Shown: one piece after another, positions 10,790-19,985 of the stretch
How the letters are laid out: each line of letters begins with the position of its first letter
Numbering within the stretch: position 1 is the first letter of the stretch
Virus record (IMG/VR): IMGVR_UViG_3300009152_000172
Source: a virus
DNA length: 26,704 nucleotides
Reading direction: 5' to 3' (one strand)
Made by a program: the position numbers and the translations under genes
The notes under the pieces: model-generated
Told to the model about the DNA's origin: nothing
The model's input: the letters and a program-made list of their open reading frames with translations, nothing else
Database searches by the model: none

Positions 10790-10822
10790 GCAAAAAAATA
10801 AGGGGCAGCTTTCGCTGCCCCC
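10790..10822 (-). terminator. Rho-independent terminator downstream of the major capsid gene
   Basis: 8-bp perfect GC-rich stem GGGGCAGC-TTTC-GCTGCCCC (10802-10821); on the minus strand it is followed by TTATTTTTTT. Confidence 0.9.
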
Positions 10823-10867
10823 TACTTTCTAAGACTGTGTCGTAACTATAACAGTCCTAAGGTTCTA

Positions 10868-11923
10868 TTACATTTCGTTAGTAACAAGTACCTCGTAGTT
10901 ACGGGCAAGTCTAACGTTCTTAGCAACTGTGATACCTTCACCATCGCCAAGCATTACAATGTCGTAACGCTCTTTCATCTTCATCGAACGAATGTCACGT
11001 GACGGATCATCGAACTGATCTGTGCTCATGTCATCCTTAACAAGAAGACTGCCGACCTCATTACGATCAATGAGGAACAAGTCTGACTTAGCTAATGTTG
11101 CACCGCTCTTAGCCGTGAAGCTAACAAATGGTGACACTAACACGTTCAAACCCATAGGGGCTGTTGCGTTAAGAGCAGCATCCTTCGACTGTGGACGGTA
11201 GCCCCAGCTGGTATTAACAGCTGATGCAGCGCCGCCCATGTGGAAGATCGAGTCCTTAAGGAAGACCGACCACATCAGTGGGTGAAGAATGAAGTCTGTT
11301 GGTATATGGTTTTCGGCCATTAGAACAGCTGCCATGTCGACAACATCGTCCCAGGTAACAGTGCTATTGTACGCACCATCAATCCCACGACCTGTTGTAT
11401 CGTCATAGCTGCCACTGTCGTTGTCGAATACAATTGTAGCTGCATCCTTAAAACGACTAAGAGCAATTTGCTCTTTCAAACGTGCCATTGCACGGCCTGC
11501 GGCGCGTACATGGAGGCCTACGATGTCCCAAAGAGAATCAGCAATAACTTCCTCTGTGAAAGCCAGCTTAACGCCCTTCTTCGACACCTTACCCTCGATT
11601 TGCTTAGCAAATGCGAGAGCTTGTTCTGGGTATTCTTGTCCTTCTGGGATCTCAGCAGCTTGAATTGCGTTTACCGCTGGAAATTCCAAAGAACGACCCT
11701 TACCAAGGCGTACTGTAGAAAGAAGCGGGGTTACCAAAAGCTGTGGTTCGGCTGCTTCGCGCAGAGTACGAGAAATTACCTTAGGAAACAAAGCGGCTGC
11801 GTCTGACGAACCGAATGCTTCCTTGATTGTAACTCTGTTATCTGTGTCGATGTAGCCATCTTCAGCAAATGCGGCTTCCCAAGCTGGGAGACCCGAGAGG
11901 AGTTCTTGGATTGTCTTACTCAT
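10868..11923 (-). CDS. Major capsid protein (HK97-fold type)
   Basis: 351 aa: MSKTIQELLSGLPAWEAAFAEDGYIDTDNRVTIKEAFG...RSLEFPAVNAIQAAEIPEGQEYP...; position in head cassette, dedicated terminator, distinct Arg codon usage suggesting high expression. Confidence 0.8.
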   Translation of the reverse strand: MSKTIQELLSGLPAWEAAFAEDGYIDTDNRVTIKEAFGSSDAAALFPKVISRTLREAAEPQLLVTPLLSTVRLGKGRSLEFPAVNAIQAAEIPEGQEYPEQALAFAKQIEGKVSKKGVKLAFTEEVIADSLWDIVGLHVRAAGRAMARLKEQIALSRFKDAATIVFDNDSGSYDDTTGRGIDGAYNSTVTWDDVVDMAAVLMAENHIPTDFILHPLMWSVFLKDSIFHMGGAASAVNTSWGYRPQSKDAALNATAPMGLNVLVSPFVSFTAKSGATLAKSDLFLIDRNEVGSLLVKDDMSTDQFDDPSRDIRSMKMKERYDIVMLGDGEGITVAKNVRLARNYEVLVTNEM

Positions 11924-11975
11924 CTAGGATATTTCCTCCTGTTTAATTATTTCTTTTTTTATTTTCTTTTTTTTA

Positions 11976-12731
11976 TTAGAGTGTTAAATTGACGCGGAAA
12001 GCACCAATAACATTCGTAACATCTAGGTTTGCACGGATACCGAGTTTACCGGAGAACGAGCCTGATCTTGTGAGCTCATAAACTGTCTTGAGCGCACCTG
12101 GATCCGATGGAAGTTGCATGTAGGAAAGTAGTCCGTCATCAAAGTTTGTAGCAAACTTCTCGACTTCAATAACCTTACCTACCATTAAGTGTGGGTAACT
12201 AGCTGCATCAGCTTGCGACAAGAGTCTTGGACGACCCATGAAGTCTGGAGCAACTAAACTACCTGCTGTTAAGTCTGCATTGAGTCCACTAACCATTGGA
12301 TACTCAACATAACCTCTAACAATAAAGCCTGCACCTTGCGATGTGCCCTTGTCGAATGGTCTGTAGAGATCGTACTGTGCACAACCAACTGGAACTGAAC
12401 GTGCAGCAACTACTTGTGCGTCACCAGTAGGTGAAACAACTGGTGTTGCTCCTGCAAGTGGGTTCCAGCTTGGAATTGTGTCTCCCCAAGTTACTGAAGA
12501 GCCAGTACCGTTAGCTGGAACGAAACGTGAATCACCGCTTGAATCTGTTACTACCGAAAGGATTGTTCCCTTTGGAATAACAATTTCAAAACGATCATCT
12601 TCTGAGTCTGAGTACCAAGTTGGAAGGCCAACTGATGGCAAGATGTATGCGGATGGTGCAATACCTTCCGAAACAACGAAACGACCAGCACCTGTTTTGG
12701 TACCTACTTTACGAAATTTTGCTAATGACAT
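11976..12731 (-). CDS. Head-associated structural protein (possible decoration protein)
   Basis: 251 aa ORF MSLAKFRKVGTKTGAGRFVVSEGIAPSAYILPSVGLPTWYSD..., between protease and capsid genes. Confidence 0.6.
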   Translation of the reverse strand: MSLAKFRKVGTKTGAGRFVVSEGIAPSAYILPSVGLPTWYSDSEDDRFEIVIPKGTILSVVTDSSGDSRFVPANGTGSSVTWGDTIPSWNPLAGATPVVSPTGDAQVVAARSVPVGCAQYDLYRPFDKGTSQGAGFIVRGYVEYPMVSGLNADLTAGSLVAPDFMGRPRLLSQADAASYPHLMVGKVIEVEKFATNFDDGLLSYMQLPSDPGALKTVYELTRSGSFSGKLGIRANLDVTNVIGAFRVNLTL

Positions 12732-12761
12732 TTATTTTCTCCTTGTATGTATATTTTGTTT

Positions 12762-14775
12762 TTAAAGTTTGCGACGGCCCATAAAAGCATCTACGAACAG
12801 CTCTTCAACTGTGTTGATTTTAGCCTGTGGTGTTGTTTCTACTTCTTCATCTTCTAGTATAACATTATTTTCTTCTTCTGAAACAATGTCATTTTCGATG
12901 ATGGATTCATTAAGTTTTTGAATATTCTTTTTTGCTACTGGAAGTTTAGCTAAATCTCTTAATGAATCAGCTAACGATCCTGCGGATCTCTTAGTGTGAT
13001 CAATAATCAATTCTTCTCTACTCTCAATAGATTCTGTACCTAATGAAATTTTTGTATCTACAACTCTTTCGGCTAACGTACGGTGTAGTGCTTCTTTGAG
13101 TTTGGCATTTTCTTCTTGGAGAGCCTGAAGCTTATCTACTTCATCATTGGTATCTTGCTCATCAGCTTTTACTTCATCTGTGAGCTCTACCTTTAATTCT
13201 TCTTGCTCTTCCTTTTCTGCGGGGATTTCAGCATTTGCAGAATCAACCACTTCTTGTTCAATTTGTTCTTCTGTTGTCACTGATATCTCCTTAGACTCTG
13301 TATTATCAATTTCTTCTGATTCGTTTGCTGGCTCCATAGGTTCTTCCTTTAAAGAAGACCTTAATTGCCATGCCCACTTCTTGTGCTTATCATCGCGCTC
13401 TGCAAGGAAGTTTGCAATTCCCTGTTCGTTAGCTGCGTTTGCCACAGCAAATGCTGCCATCACGCTTGCGTTCACCATATTGTTCTTTTCGAGAATACCT
13501 TGTGCTAAACCAAGAGCCTCTGTTATTGTCATGTCATCTTTGAATGACGAATTCATTACTGATTCAGTAAGAGTTGCAGGGAAAGCTTGAAGTTTTCTCA
13601 TGTTTTCTGCAATTTGATCAACCGACCCAATGGCATCTTCATATATATTTGAAAATAGCTCATGGTACTCACTAAAATCTTCGCCTTCAATATTCCAGTG
13701 CGCTCTATGAGCCGCAAAGTAAAATACTAATGTGTCATTCAAAACTCTTTGAAGACTTGCTACTAAGCCTGTAGCGTCAGCTTCTTCAACTTGTACGGCT
13801 TCTTCAAGCTCTACAGTTTCTTCGGTCTCTACAGAAGAGGCAGCTATAGTGGAAAGATCTTGGCTTAAATTTTCAACAGCGGCCAAGACGTCTTCACCCT
13901 GAATGGTTTCGTCCATGCTAAAATTCTCCTCGTCAATAATAGTCTTTTCTGATAGTAACGAACTATTATCATCCTTTGCAGTTTCGCTTTCTTGAAAAGC
14001 TAGAGCTGTAAGAAAAGCTCCTTTAAGATGGAGGTAAAGTGGTCTAGATTCCTTTTTCTTCATACCCTTTAAAATAGACTCATTTTCTTCCACAGTGGTT
14101 ATATCTTCTTTATCCATATGTAAGATAAAGGCTGTGCTTTTTGCTGTCCAATTTTCTGAATCAGTAACAACAGTTGATCCATCAATAGCTTTAGAAGCTC
14201 TTACACTAGACCTTTGATCCGCTGGTTGGTTAACAAATGAGTATTCTTTAAAGGAAATGTCTTGCATATCAACGAAAGCAAGTTTACCCTTATAAACTTG
14301 ACCACGCTTAAATTTAGCTGTCTTTGGTCTACCGTCTGCTGATTCAGCAGCTAGGTCTTCACCCGAAATTGAACAAACTGCTTTGCCGGCTCTTCCGCCA
14401 ACTGATCCGGTCAAGTATCTCTTATCTGAGATCTTCTGAGCAGCCAATGGATCTGTGATTGCTACCTGCAATCTTACGTATGGTGCACCGTCTTGTTCTT
14501 TGTCCATCTTAGCAGCAATGATTCTGCCAATTGGCTCAGAGTTTAAATCGTGATTTAAAATAATAGGCTTAGGGTATGGCTCGACCCATGATTGGAGAGC
14601 CTTTTCTAATTCTGCTGCTGAGTAATTATTATAGTTAGCGGTTAGTCCGCTCATGTATGGCAGCCACTTCTATAATAAGACCGTGGTTCTTACTGAATGA
14701 TTCGGAAAAATCATTTTCCAATCCCGATAGGTCAGGAAGTTGAAGTGTAAAACTTTCAACAAAATCAAATGCCAT
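12762..14775 (-). CDS. Prohead serine protease fused to a Dps/ferritin-like domain and a coiled-coil (scaffold-like) C-terminus; split by a +1 frameshift at CGG (14649-14647)
   Basis: ATG at 14775 preceded by GGAG: MAFDFVESFTLQLPDLSGLENDFSESFSKNHGLIIEVAAIHE-CGG..., then +1 frame GLTANYNNYSAAELEKALQSWVEPYPKPIILNHDLNSEPIGRI...GSVGGRAGK...DISFKEYSFVNQPAD. The track lists only 12762..14654. Confidence 0.88.
13350..13815 (-). other. Dps / ferritin-like domain inside the prohead protease ORF
   Basis: LVASLQRVLNDTLVFYFAAHRAHWNIEGEDFSEYHELFSNIYEDAIGSVDQIAENMRKLQAFPATLTE...; matches the Dps pattern AHWN-(x8)-H...D-x3-E. Confidence 0.8.
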
Positions 14776-14822
14776 TTTAGCGCTCCGTTTATTTTAATGT
14801 AGTAGTAATAGTAATTAGCTTT

Positions 14823-14844
14823 TATAAGATTAAACAATCTTATA
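14823..14844. other. AT-rich perfect hairpin in the intergenic leader of the protease gene
   Basis: tataagatt-aaac-aatcttata: 9-bp stem, 4-nt loop, 17 nt beyond the glycosyltransferase stop. Confidence 0.55.
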
Positions 14845-14860
14845 TAAAGATATCATACTT

Positions 14861-15631
14861 TTATGCTGTTGCAAAAAAATTACCCCTAGAATCTCCATTT
14901 GAGAGAAAATCTTGCATCATTCGCTTATGCATTATGTGTGGAGCGTAGAGATAAGATGCCGAGTAGAGCTTATAGCCCATTTTTGCTGCGTTTCCAGACC
15001 AACCTAAATCTTCACCTTGTGTATGAAGCGAATAGTCAACATTCTTGTATACATCTCTTGACATCATTTTTGCTGCCATAATAACATCTGACTGGAAATA
15101 CTCACCAAGTGGATATTGTTCTTTACGATAAGCTTGACCACCAGGCTCCTTTATCCAATTCATTACACTTGGATACATTGTATTTGTTGGAGTCATAAAC
15201 ATTAATGGACTCACTGCATCTGCGCCAGAGTTTACGTGTGCAACTAGTAATTGAATAGTATTTTCATTAGTTAATAGTATGTCAGAATCCAAGCTAAAAA
15301 AATAATTTGGATTAATATCTCTAACTTTTGATAAAAGAGAATTTCTTAGATTAACCATATTCTGATATTTAGATATGCTCCAAGTTCTTGTTCCTTCTTC
15401 ATGGGAAAAATGAGGAGTATCTTGTTTTATATCTAAAATAAATTCCGGTATGTCTGGTCTTGCATTTCTATACTTAATTAACATCTCTATAGTTTTTTCA
15501 TCATCTGGAGATGCTTCAAATATAAAAGCGGTTTTTGAAAAATCAATATTTTGATTTTCTATACAAGAAATCCAATAAGGAAATATCCAATCTCTTTCAT
15601 AGATCGGACAACCAATCACTAGTTCAATCAT
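14861..15631 (-). CDS. Glycosyltransferase-like protein (GT-A fold)
   Basis: 256 aa; MIELVIGCPIYERDWIFPYWISCIENQ..., DxD-like motif YFFSLDSDILLT, C-terminal GEDLGWSGNAAKMGYKLY. Confidence 0.75.
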   Translation of the reverse strand: MIELVIGCPIYERDWIFPYWISCIENQNIDFSKTAFIFEASPDDEKTIEMLIKYRNARPDIPEFILDIKQDTPHFSHEEGTRTWSISKYQNMVNLRNSLLSKVRDINPNYFFSLDSDILLTNENTIQLLVAHVNSGADAVSPLMFMTPTNTMYPSVMNWIKEPGGQAYRKEQYPLGEYFQSDVIMAAKMMSRDVYKNVDYSLHTQGEDLGWSGNAAKMGYKLYSASYLYAPHIMHKRMMQDFLSNGDSRGNFFATA

Positions 15632-15634
15632 AGA

Positions 15635-15952
15635 CTACTCTGAAATAGGTTTTGTTGTTTCTTTCACACTCTTCTTAGAAGGTGTAGCGGTTTCTGCGCT
15701 TGCTGATTCAATCTTTTCTTCTTTGATTTCAACAGCATTAACGTTCGCTACTGGTGCAGCTGGTATAACTTGTTCTGCCGTCTCTTCTTCAGGTTCTGAA
15801 GTAAGAAACTCAACTATGGAATCGATAACATCCACTAAAGCTTCAAGAGCTAATCTAGTTTGACCATTGCTAACTGCTTTTTTAAATACTACAAGAGCGT
15901 CTGCTTCTGTATTATCGCTACTCGTAATTTTATCATTTACATTAAACATCAT
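15635..15952 (-). CDS. Hypothetical small protein with Ala/Glu/Lys-rich C-terminus
   Basis: The track ORF starts at a TTG at 15967; ATG codons at 15952/15949 (MMFNVNDKITSS...) are more plausible starts. Confidence 0.6.
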   Translation of the reverse strand: MMFNVNDKITSSDNTEADALVVFKKAVSNGQTRLALEALVDVIDSIVEFLTSEPEEETAEQVIPAAPVANVNAVEIKEEKIESASAETATPSKKSVKETTKPISE

Positions 15953-17591
15953 TCTTATCCTTTTCAACGTCTGATTCTATAACAGTATACTCGCTATCTA
16001 GAAGAGATTCAATTACTGATAGAAAATTATTATCATATCTTTTAATGTCCGGAGAAGTTTTTCTTCCATTTTGATTCATTGGTCTCATAGCATTACCAAC
16101 GCCTCTTCTGTTGTTTGGCATATTCTTTTGTCCTGGTCCTGCAGATTTTTGACCGTCAGATGTTTTTGGGTCTGGTGCCTGATTTGTACCCTGTGCCTTT
16201 GCTTGAGCTTGAGCAGTTGCGTTAGTTGCATCGACTTGAATATCGCTCTGTATTGATGCATGTGTTTTATTCATATCAATATCAGAATCGTATCCCAATT
16301 CTATGCGAGCTTCGTCTAATGTAATCAAATTAGACACATATTTTTGAATAACATGATTTTCTTTTTTGACTTGTGTATCAACATCTATCTCTTTAAACTT
16401 AAAGAAACACCTGTCGGAAGTTCCACTTTCAATTGGGTTTGAGATTGGATCAAAGCCACCTTCAAACAATAATTCATTAAATATATTTAATCTTACCATC
16501 TCTGAAAACAGTTTTTGCATTTGCTTTATTCTGTCATACAGTGCAACATCTAATCTTTCTGTAACGGATCTATTGCCACCATTCATTGACATTCCAAGGT
16601 GATGGGGCGCAACACCTAGCCCAATTGCGACACGTTCCTTAAAGTGATTTAAATATTGACTTGCATCAAGAGCAGACCCTTGTGATCCAATTACTTCTAC
16701 ATCATGTCTAAATGGAAGAATTAATCCACCTTCAGCTCTTAAATTTTCTATTTCTATAGCTGCTTGTTCAATTTCTTCTGGCTCAGCTGGTTGCTCTGCA
16801 GTTCCAATCTTATATTTATAAAGTGGAAATAATTCTCTATGAACAAGATTTTGAATATCTTCTTCAATTTGACGAAGCGCAATAACATCATCCAATACGT
16901 TAATTAAAAATGGAGTGCCAAATGCTCTACCTGTTTTTCTATCAAAATGAAGATGAATAACTTTTTCTGCTGTCCAAACTGGATTTCCCTCAAGTGGCAT
17001 ATAAGTAAGAGGATCAGTTTGTTGACGATAAGACTTTGGTTTATTATGCTTGTCTCTAAAGATTCTTACTTGCTCAGTAGGAATTAAGTAATAGCCTATT
17101 ACTGGAAGATCTCCAGTCATTGGTGTTAGCTTATCTGGAAAATACTCACCTAAATCACCTCTTGCCTTAACAATAAAAGCATTAGAAAATTTAAAAAGTT
17201 GATCTGAAACTTCAATTAGAAAATCAACAAATGGTCTCTTCATTGCTATTTCCATAAAATCTATTCTTTGAAGAAGATAAGAAATAGCTTCTGGGTTTTC
17301 AGAAACTATTTCCCAACCCTCTTTCCAAAAAAGATCTTTATATTTAGACATAGCTTGCTTAACATAAGAGTCCGTATCAACAGCCTGCATAAGCCTCTCA
17401 AAGTCATATGCAGGTCTTTCAAAGGTAGCTCTATTATTGAAGTAATAGTTGGTACCCTGAAAACCAAGAGCAAGCGATGCTATCTTCATAGCCTTAGATA
17501 GACCCTTTACCTGTTCTGGTGCTAAAGCCTTATCAGAAAAGGTAAGATCCTTATCTACTGTTTGAAATGGTAGGTAATCCCTAATTGCCAT
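15942..17591 (-). CDS. Portal protein
   Basis: 549 aa; ...GYYLIPTEQVRIFRDKHNKPKSYRQ..., VIHLHFDRKTGRAFGTPFLINVLDDVIALRQIEEDIQNLVHRELFPLYKYKIG..., GLGVAPHHLGMSMNGGNRSVTERLD are portal-like features. Confidence 0.85.
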   Translation of the reverse strand: MAIRDYLPFQTVDKDLTFSDKALAPEQVKGLSKAMKIASLALGFQGTNYYFNNRATFERPAYDFERLMQAVDTDSYVKQAMSKYKDLFWKEGWEIVSENPEAISYLLQRIDFMEIAMKRPFVDFLIEVSDQLFKFSNAFIVKARGDLGEYFPDKLTPMTGDLPVIGYYLIPTEQVRIFRDKHNKPKSYRQQTDPLTYMPLEGNPVWTAEKVIHLHFDRKTGRAFGTPFLINVLDDVIALRQIEEDIQNLVHRELFPLYKYKIGTAEQPAEPEEIEQAAIEIENLRAEGGLILPFRHDVEVIGSQGSALDASQYLNHFKERVAIGLGVAPHHLGMSMNGGNRSVTERLDVALYDRIKQMQKLFSEMVRLNIFNELLFEGGFDPISNPIESGTSDRCFFKFKEIDVDTQVKKENHVIQKYVSNLITLDEARIELGYDSDIDMNKTHASIQSDIQVDATNATAQAQAKAQGTNQAPDPKTSDGQKSAGPGQKNMPNNRRGVGNAMRPMNQNGRKTSPDIKRYDNNFLSVIESLLDSEYTVIESDVEKDKNDV

Positions 17592-17649
17592 GGTACGTCC
17601 TTATTTAAGCCTATATCTAATAGTAGACTCAATTTGTCTAGGCTGTAAT

Positions 17650-17832
17650 TTATTGTTTTTCTAATATTCCTGCGGCTTCAAAGGTCTTCTTGATAATAAG
17701 ATCTTTTACAGCCTCAAGCCAAAAAACTGTTTCAGCCTCTGTAAAGTCGCTCTTGTAAGATAGGTTCTTGTCACTGATCTTAATTTCAACTACAAATTCT
17801 GTTTTTACTTCTACTTCTGGTGTATCACTCAT
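17650..17832 (-). CDS. Hypothetical small protein
   Basis: 60 aa ORF MSDTPEVEVKTEFVVEIKISDKNLSYKSDFTEAETVFWLEAVKDL..., collinear. Confidence 0.5.
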   Translation of the reverse strand: MSDTPEVEVKTEFVVEIKISDKNLSYKSDFTEAETVFWLEAVKDLIIKKTFEAAGILEKQ

Positions 17833-17833
17833 T

Positions 17834-18040
17834 TTACATTTGTCCTTTTAATCTTTGAATAATAATTGATTGTTGTTTAATTGTTGCTTCTTTTATAACT
17901 AAATCAGTCATTAAGCTGCTAAGTTTTTCTTGAAAAACAGCTATAACTAAATTAACATCTAAATTAGAATCATTAATATCTGATTGAGAAGTTTCCATTA
18001 TAGCAGTTTCCTGTTCTTCTTGCTTGCTTATTCTAGACAT
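17834..18040 (-). CDS. Hypothetical small coiled-coil protein
   Basis: 68 aa ORF MSRISKQEEQETAIMETSQSDINDSNLDVNLVIAVFQEKLSSLMTDLVIKEATIKQQSIIIQRLKGQM. Confidence 0.5.
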   Translation of the reverse strand: MSRISKQEEQETAIMETSQSDINDSNLDVNLVIAVFQEKLSSLMTDLVIKEATIKQQSIIIQRLKGQM

Positions 18041-18055
18041 TTTGTTATTATACCA

Positions 18056-19985
18056 CTAACTAAGTTTAGACTCAAGTTCATTAACTTTAGCTGATAGCTC
18101 TTGAATAGCTTTAACTAAAATGGGAACTATTTCAATTTCTTTCCACATTGATGGTTTCCAAGAATTTAAATCAAACAATCCACCTTCTTCATCCCATGGC
18201 TTATCTGGATCCGGTGGACTAAGCCAAACTAATTCTGGTTGCGCTTCGTGAACTTCTTCAGCTATAAAACCGTAGCTTTTATGAGCTAGTTGATGTATAA
18301 CTTTAGCTTCTGGTGTCCAGGGTTCATTTGTGCTTGGATCTATATCACCTTGTTTCCAATTAAATATTCTAGGTCTTAAATTTTCTATAATAGCTAAACC
18401 TTCTGGCATATCGATAATATTTTCCTTAAGTTTTCTCATGGAAGAAGATTTAACAATTCTTTCAACACTACCAGCGCTTGCTGCTACCAAAGTAGTCCCA
18501 GTACCAGATGGGAATGAACCGTACACACCTATATGTTAAACCTTCGTTTTGTGAGTTAACTGTAATATTTCTAGCTTGTATTGACCCTGGGCTATCAACA
18601 GAAAAACCTCCTGTAGTAATGAGTGAACCACTTATAGTTCCACCGGAAATTGATGGAGAATTAATAGAAATAGATGCTGTAATTGTTCCACCTGAAATTC
18701 TGTCAGCATTTAATGATCCTGTGGTAATTTTGTCACCACTAATTGTTGTTGTACCACCATTGATTGTTGTAACTACTTCTCCAGCTGTTATTTTTGTTGA
18801 AGCAAGTGAATATGCGTCACTAGCGTCAGATTGTGCAGATATTGCTATACCTTGTGCACTGATGGCCGTGTTGTACGCCGTTGATGCGTTGGACTCTGCG
18901 TTACTAATAAGCGTAAGAGTATTACCACCTGTAATGTTTACGTTACCGTTTACGGTTAAAGATGAACCATCCCAGGTTAATTTATTACCTAAAGAAAATT
19001 GACTATTGCTATCAACATAAAATGGAGTATTAGTATTACTGTAAACGCCTGTTCCAAGAAAAATCTTTGAGTTACTTGACATAACCGTATTGCCAGTTAA
19101 TGTTAAACTTTTAGTTGTTATTGTATTAGCTGTAACATCACCTTCTTTTAAAACTTTAAATGGTGCGTTCACCAAAGTTCCAGAACCAGACCATAAATCT
19201 CCAGAACTATTTACGTGGAATGATCCAGAGTCAAATCCTCCAATATCAATGCTTCCAGCAACTGTGGCATCATAAAAGTATGCTCTACCGCTACCATTTA
19301 TTAACCACCCTGTTGTGGCGTTTGCATAACTTCCTCCACCAACATCAACTCCATTAAATGTAGAAGATTTAATAATTGAAGTTGCACCAGCCATTGTGAT
19401 GGTGTGTGCACCGATTGTTCCAGCTGTGATCTTAGACGCAGTTAGATCTATAATGTGCGCAGAATCTATAAGTGTTGTAGCAGTTGATGCCACAATTGGT
19501 GTCCATGCAGATTTATTTGCAGATGTATCAATAGATTGAACTCTGGCAAAGTAAAGCTTTTCTGTTGTCACTACAGTTGTGACTCCAGTATTTGCATTTA
19601 CCTGATTAGTTGTTTCGGAGTTTTGTGGAACATCAACAGCTATAACGTTTGATGCAGAAAAGCCAGAAAGATATGGGGTTGATCCACTAATGATTACATA
19701 CGTAGATCCGCTTTGGGCAATGTCTTCAGGAAGATAAACCTCATAGTTATATCCTCTTAAGTCTGATTCATTAGAAGGATTAAAGCTAATCATTATAGAT
19801 TTATAGTTTCCAACTATTGTTAAATCACCAAGCTCTGCCGGCTGAGTAAGGTCAGCTGGAACAGTGAATCTTACAGCTGAAGCCGGATCTAGAAGGACGT
19901 TTAATTCCACATCTTTTGGTTTAACTGTTAAAAGATATTGTTTTCCAGGTTTTAAATTTTGTATAGTTTTTTTAATAGTAGCCAT
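18056..19985 (-). CDS. Tail fibre protein with C-terminal S74-type intramolecular chaperone domain; split by a +1 frameshift at CGG (18521-18519)
   Basis: 0-frame ORF 18468..19985 (FnIII-like N-terminus, ISGGTITASISINSPSISGGTISGSLITTGG repeats, ...NEGLTYRCV-CGG) plus +1 frame GSFPSGTGTTLVAASAGSVERIVKSSSMRKLKENI...NLRPRIFNWK...YGFIAEEVHEAQPELV...EIVPILVKAIQELSAKVNELE. Confidence 0.85.

Noticed and set aside
14638-18535. Natural pseudogenisation of individual genes
   Set aside because: Both halves of each gene stay open and well formed right up to the junction, and the affected genes include essential functions such as terminase and protease. Decay would give mixed lesions and would not give one repeated motif.
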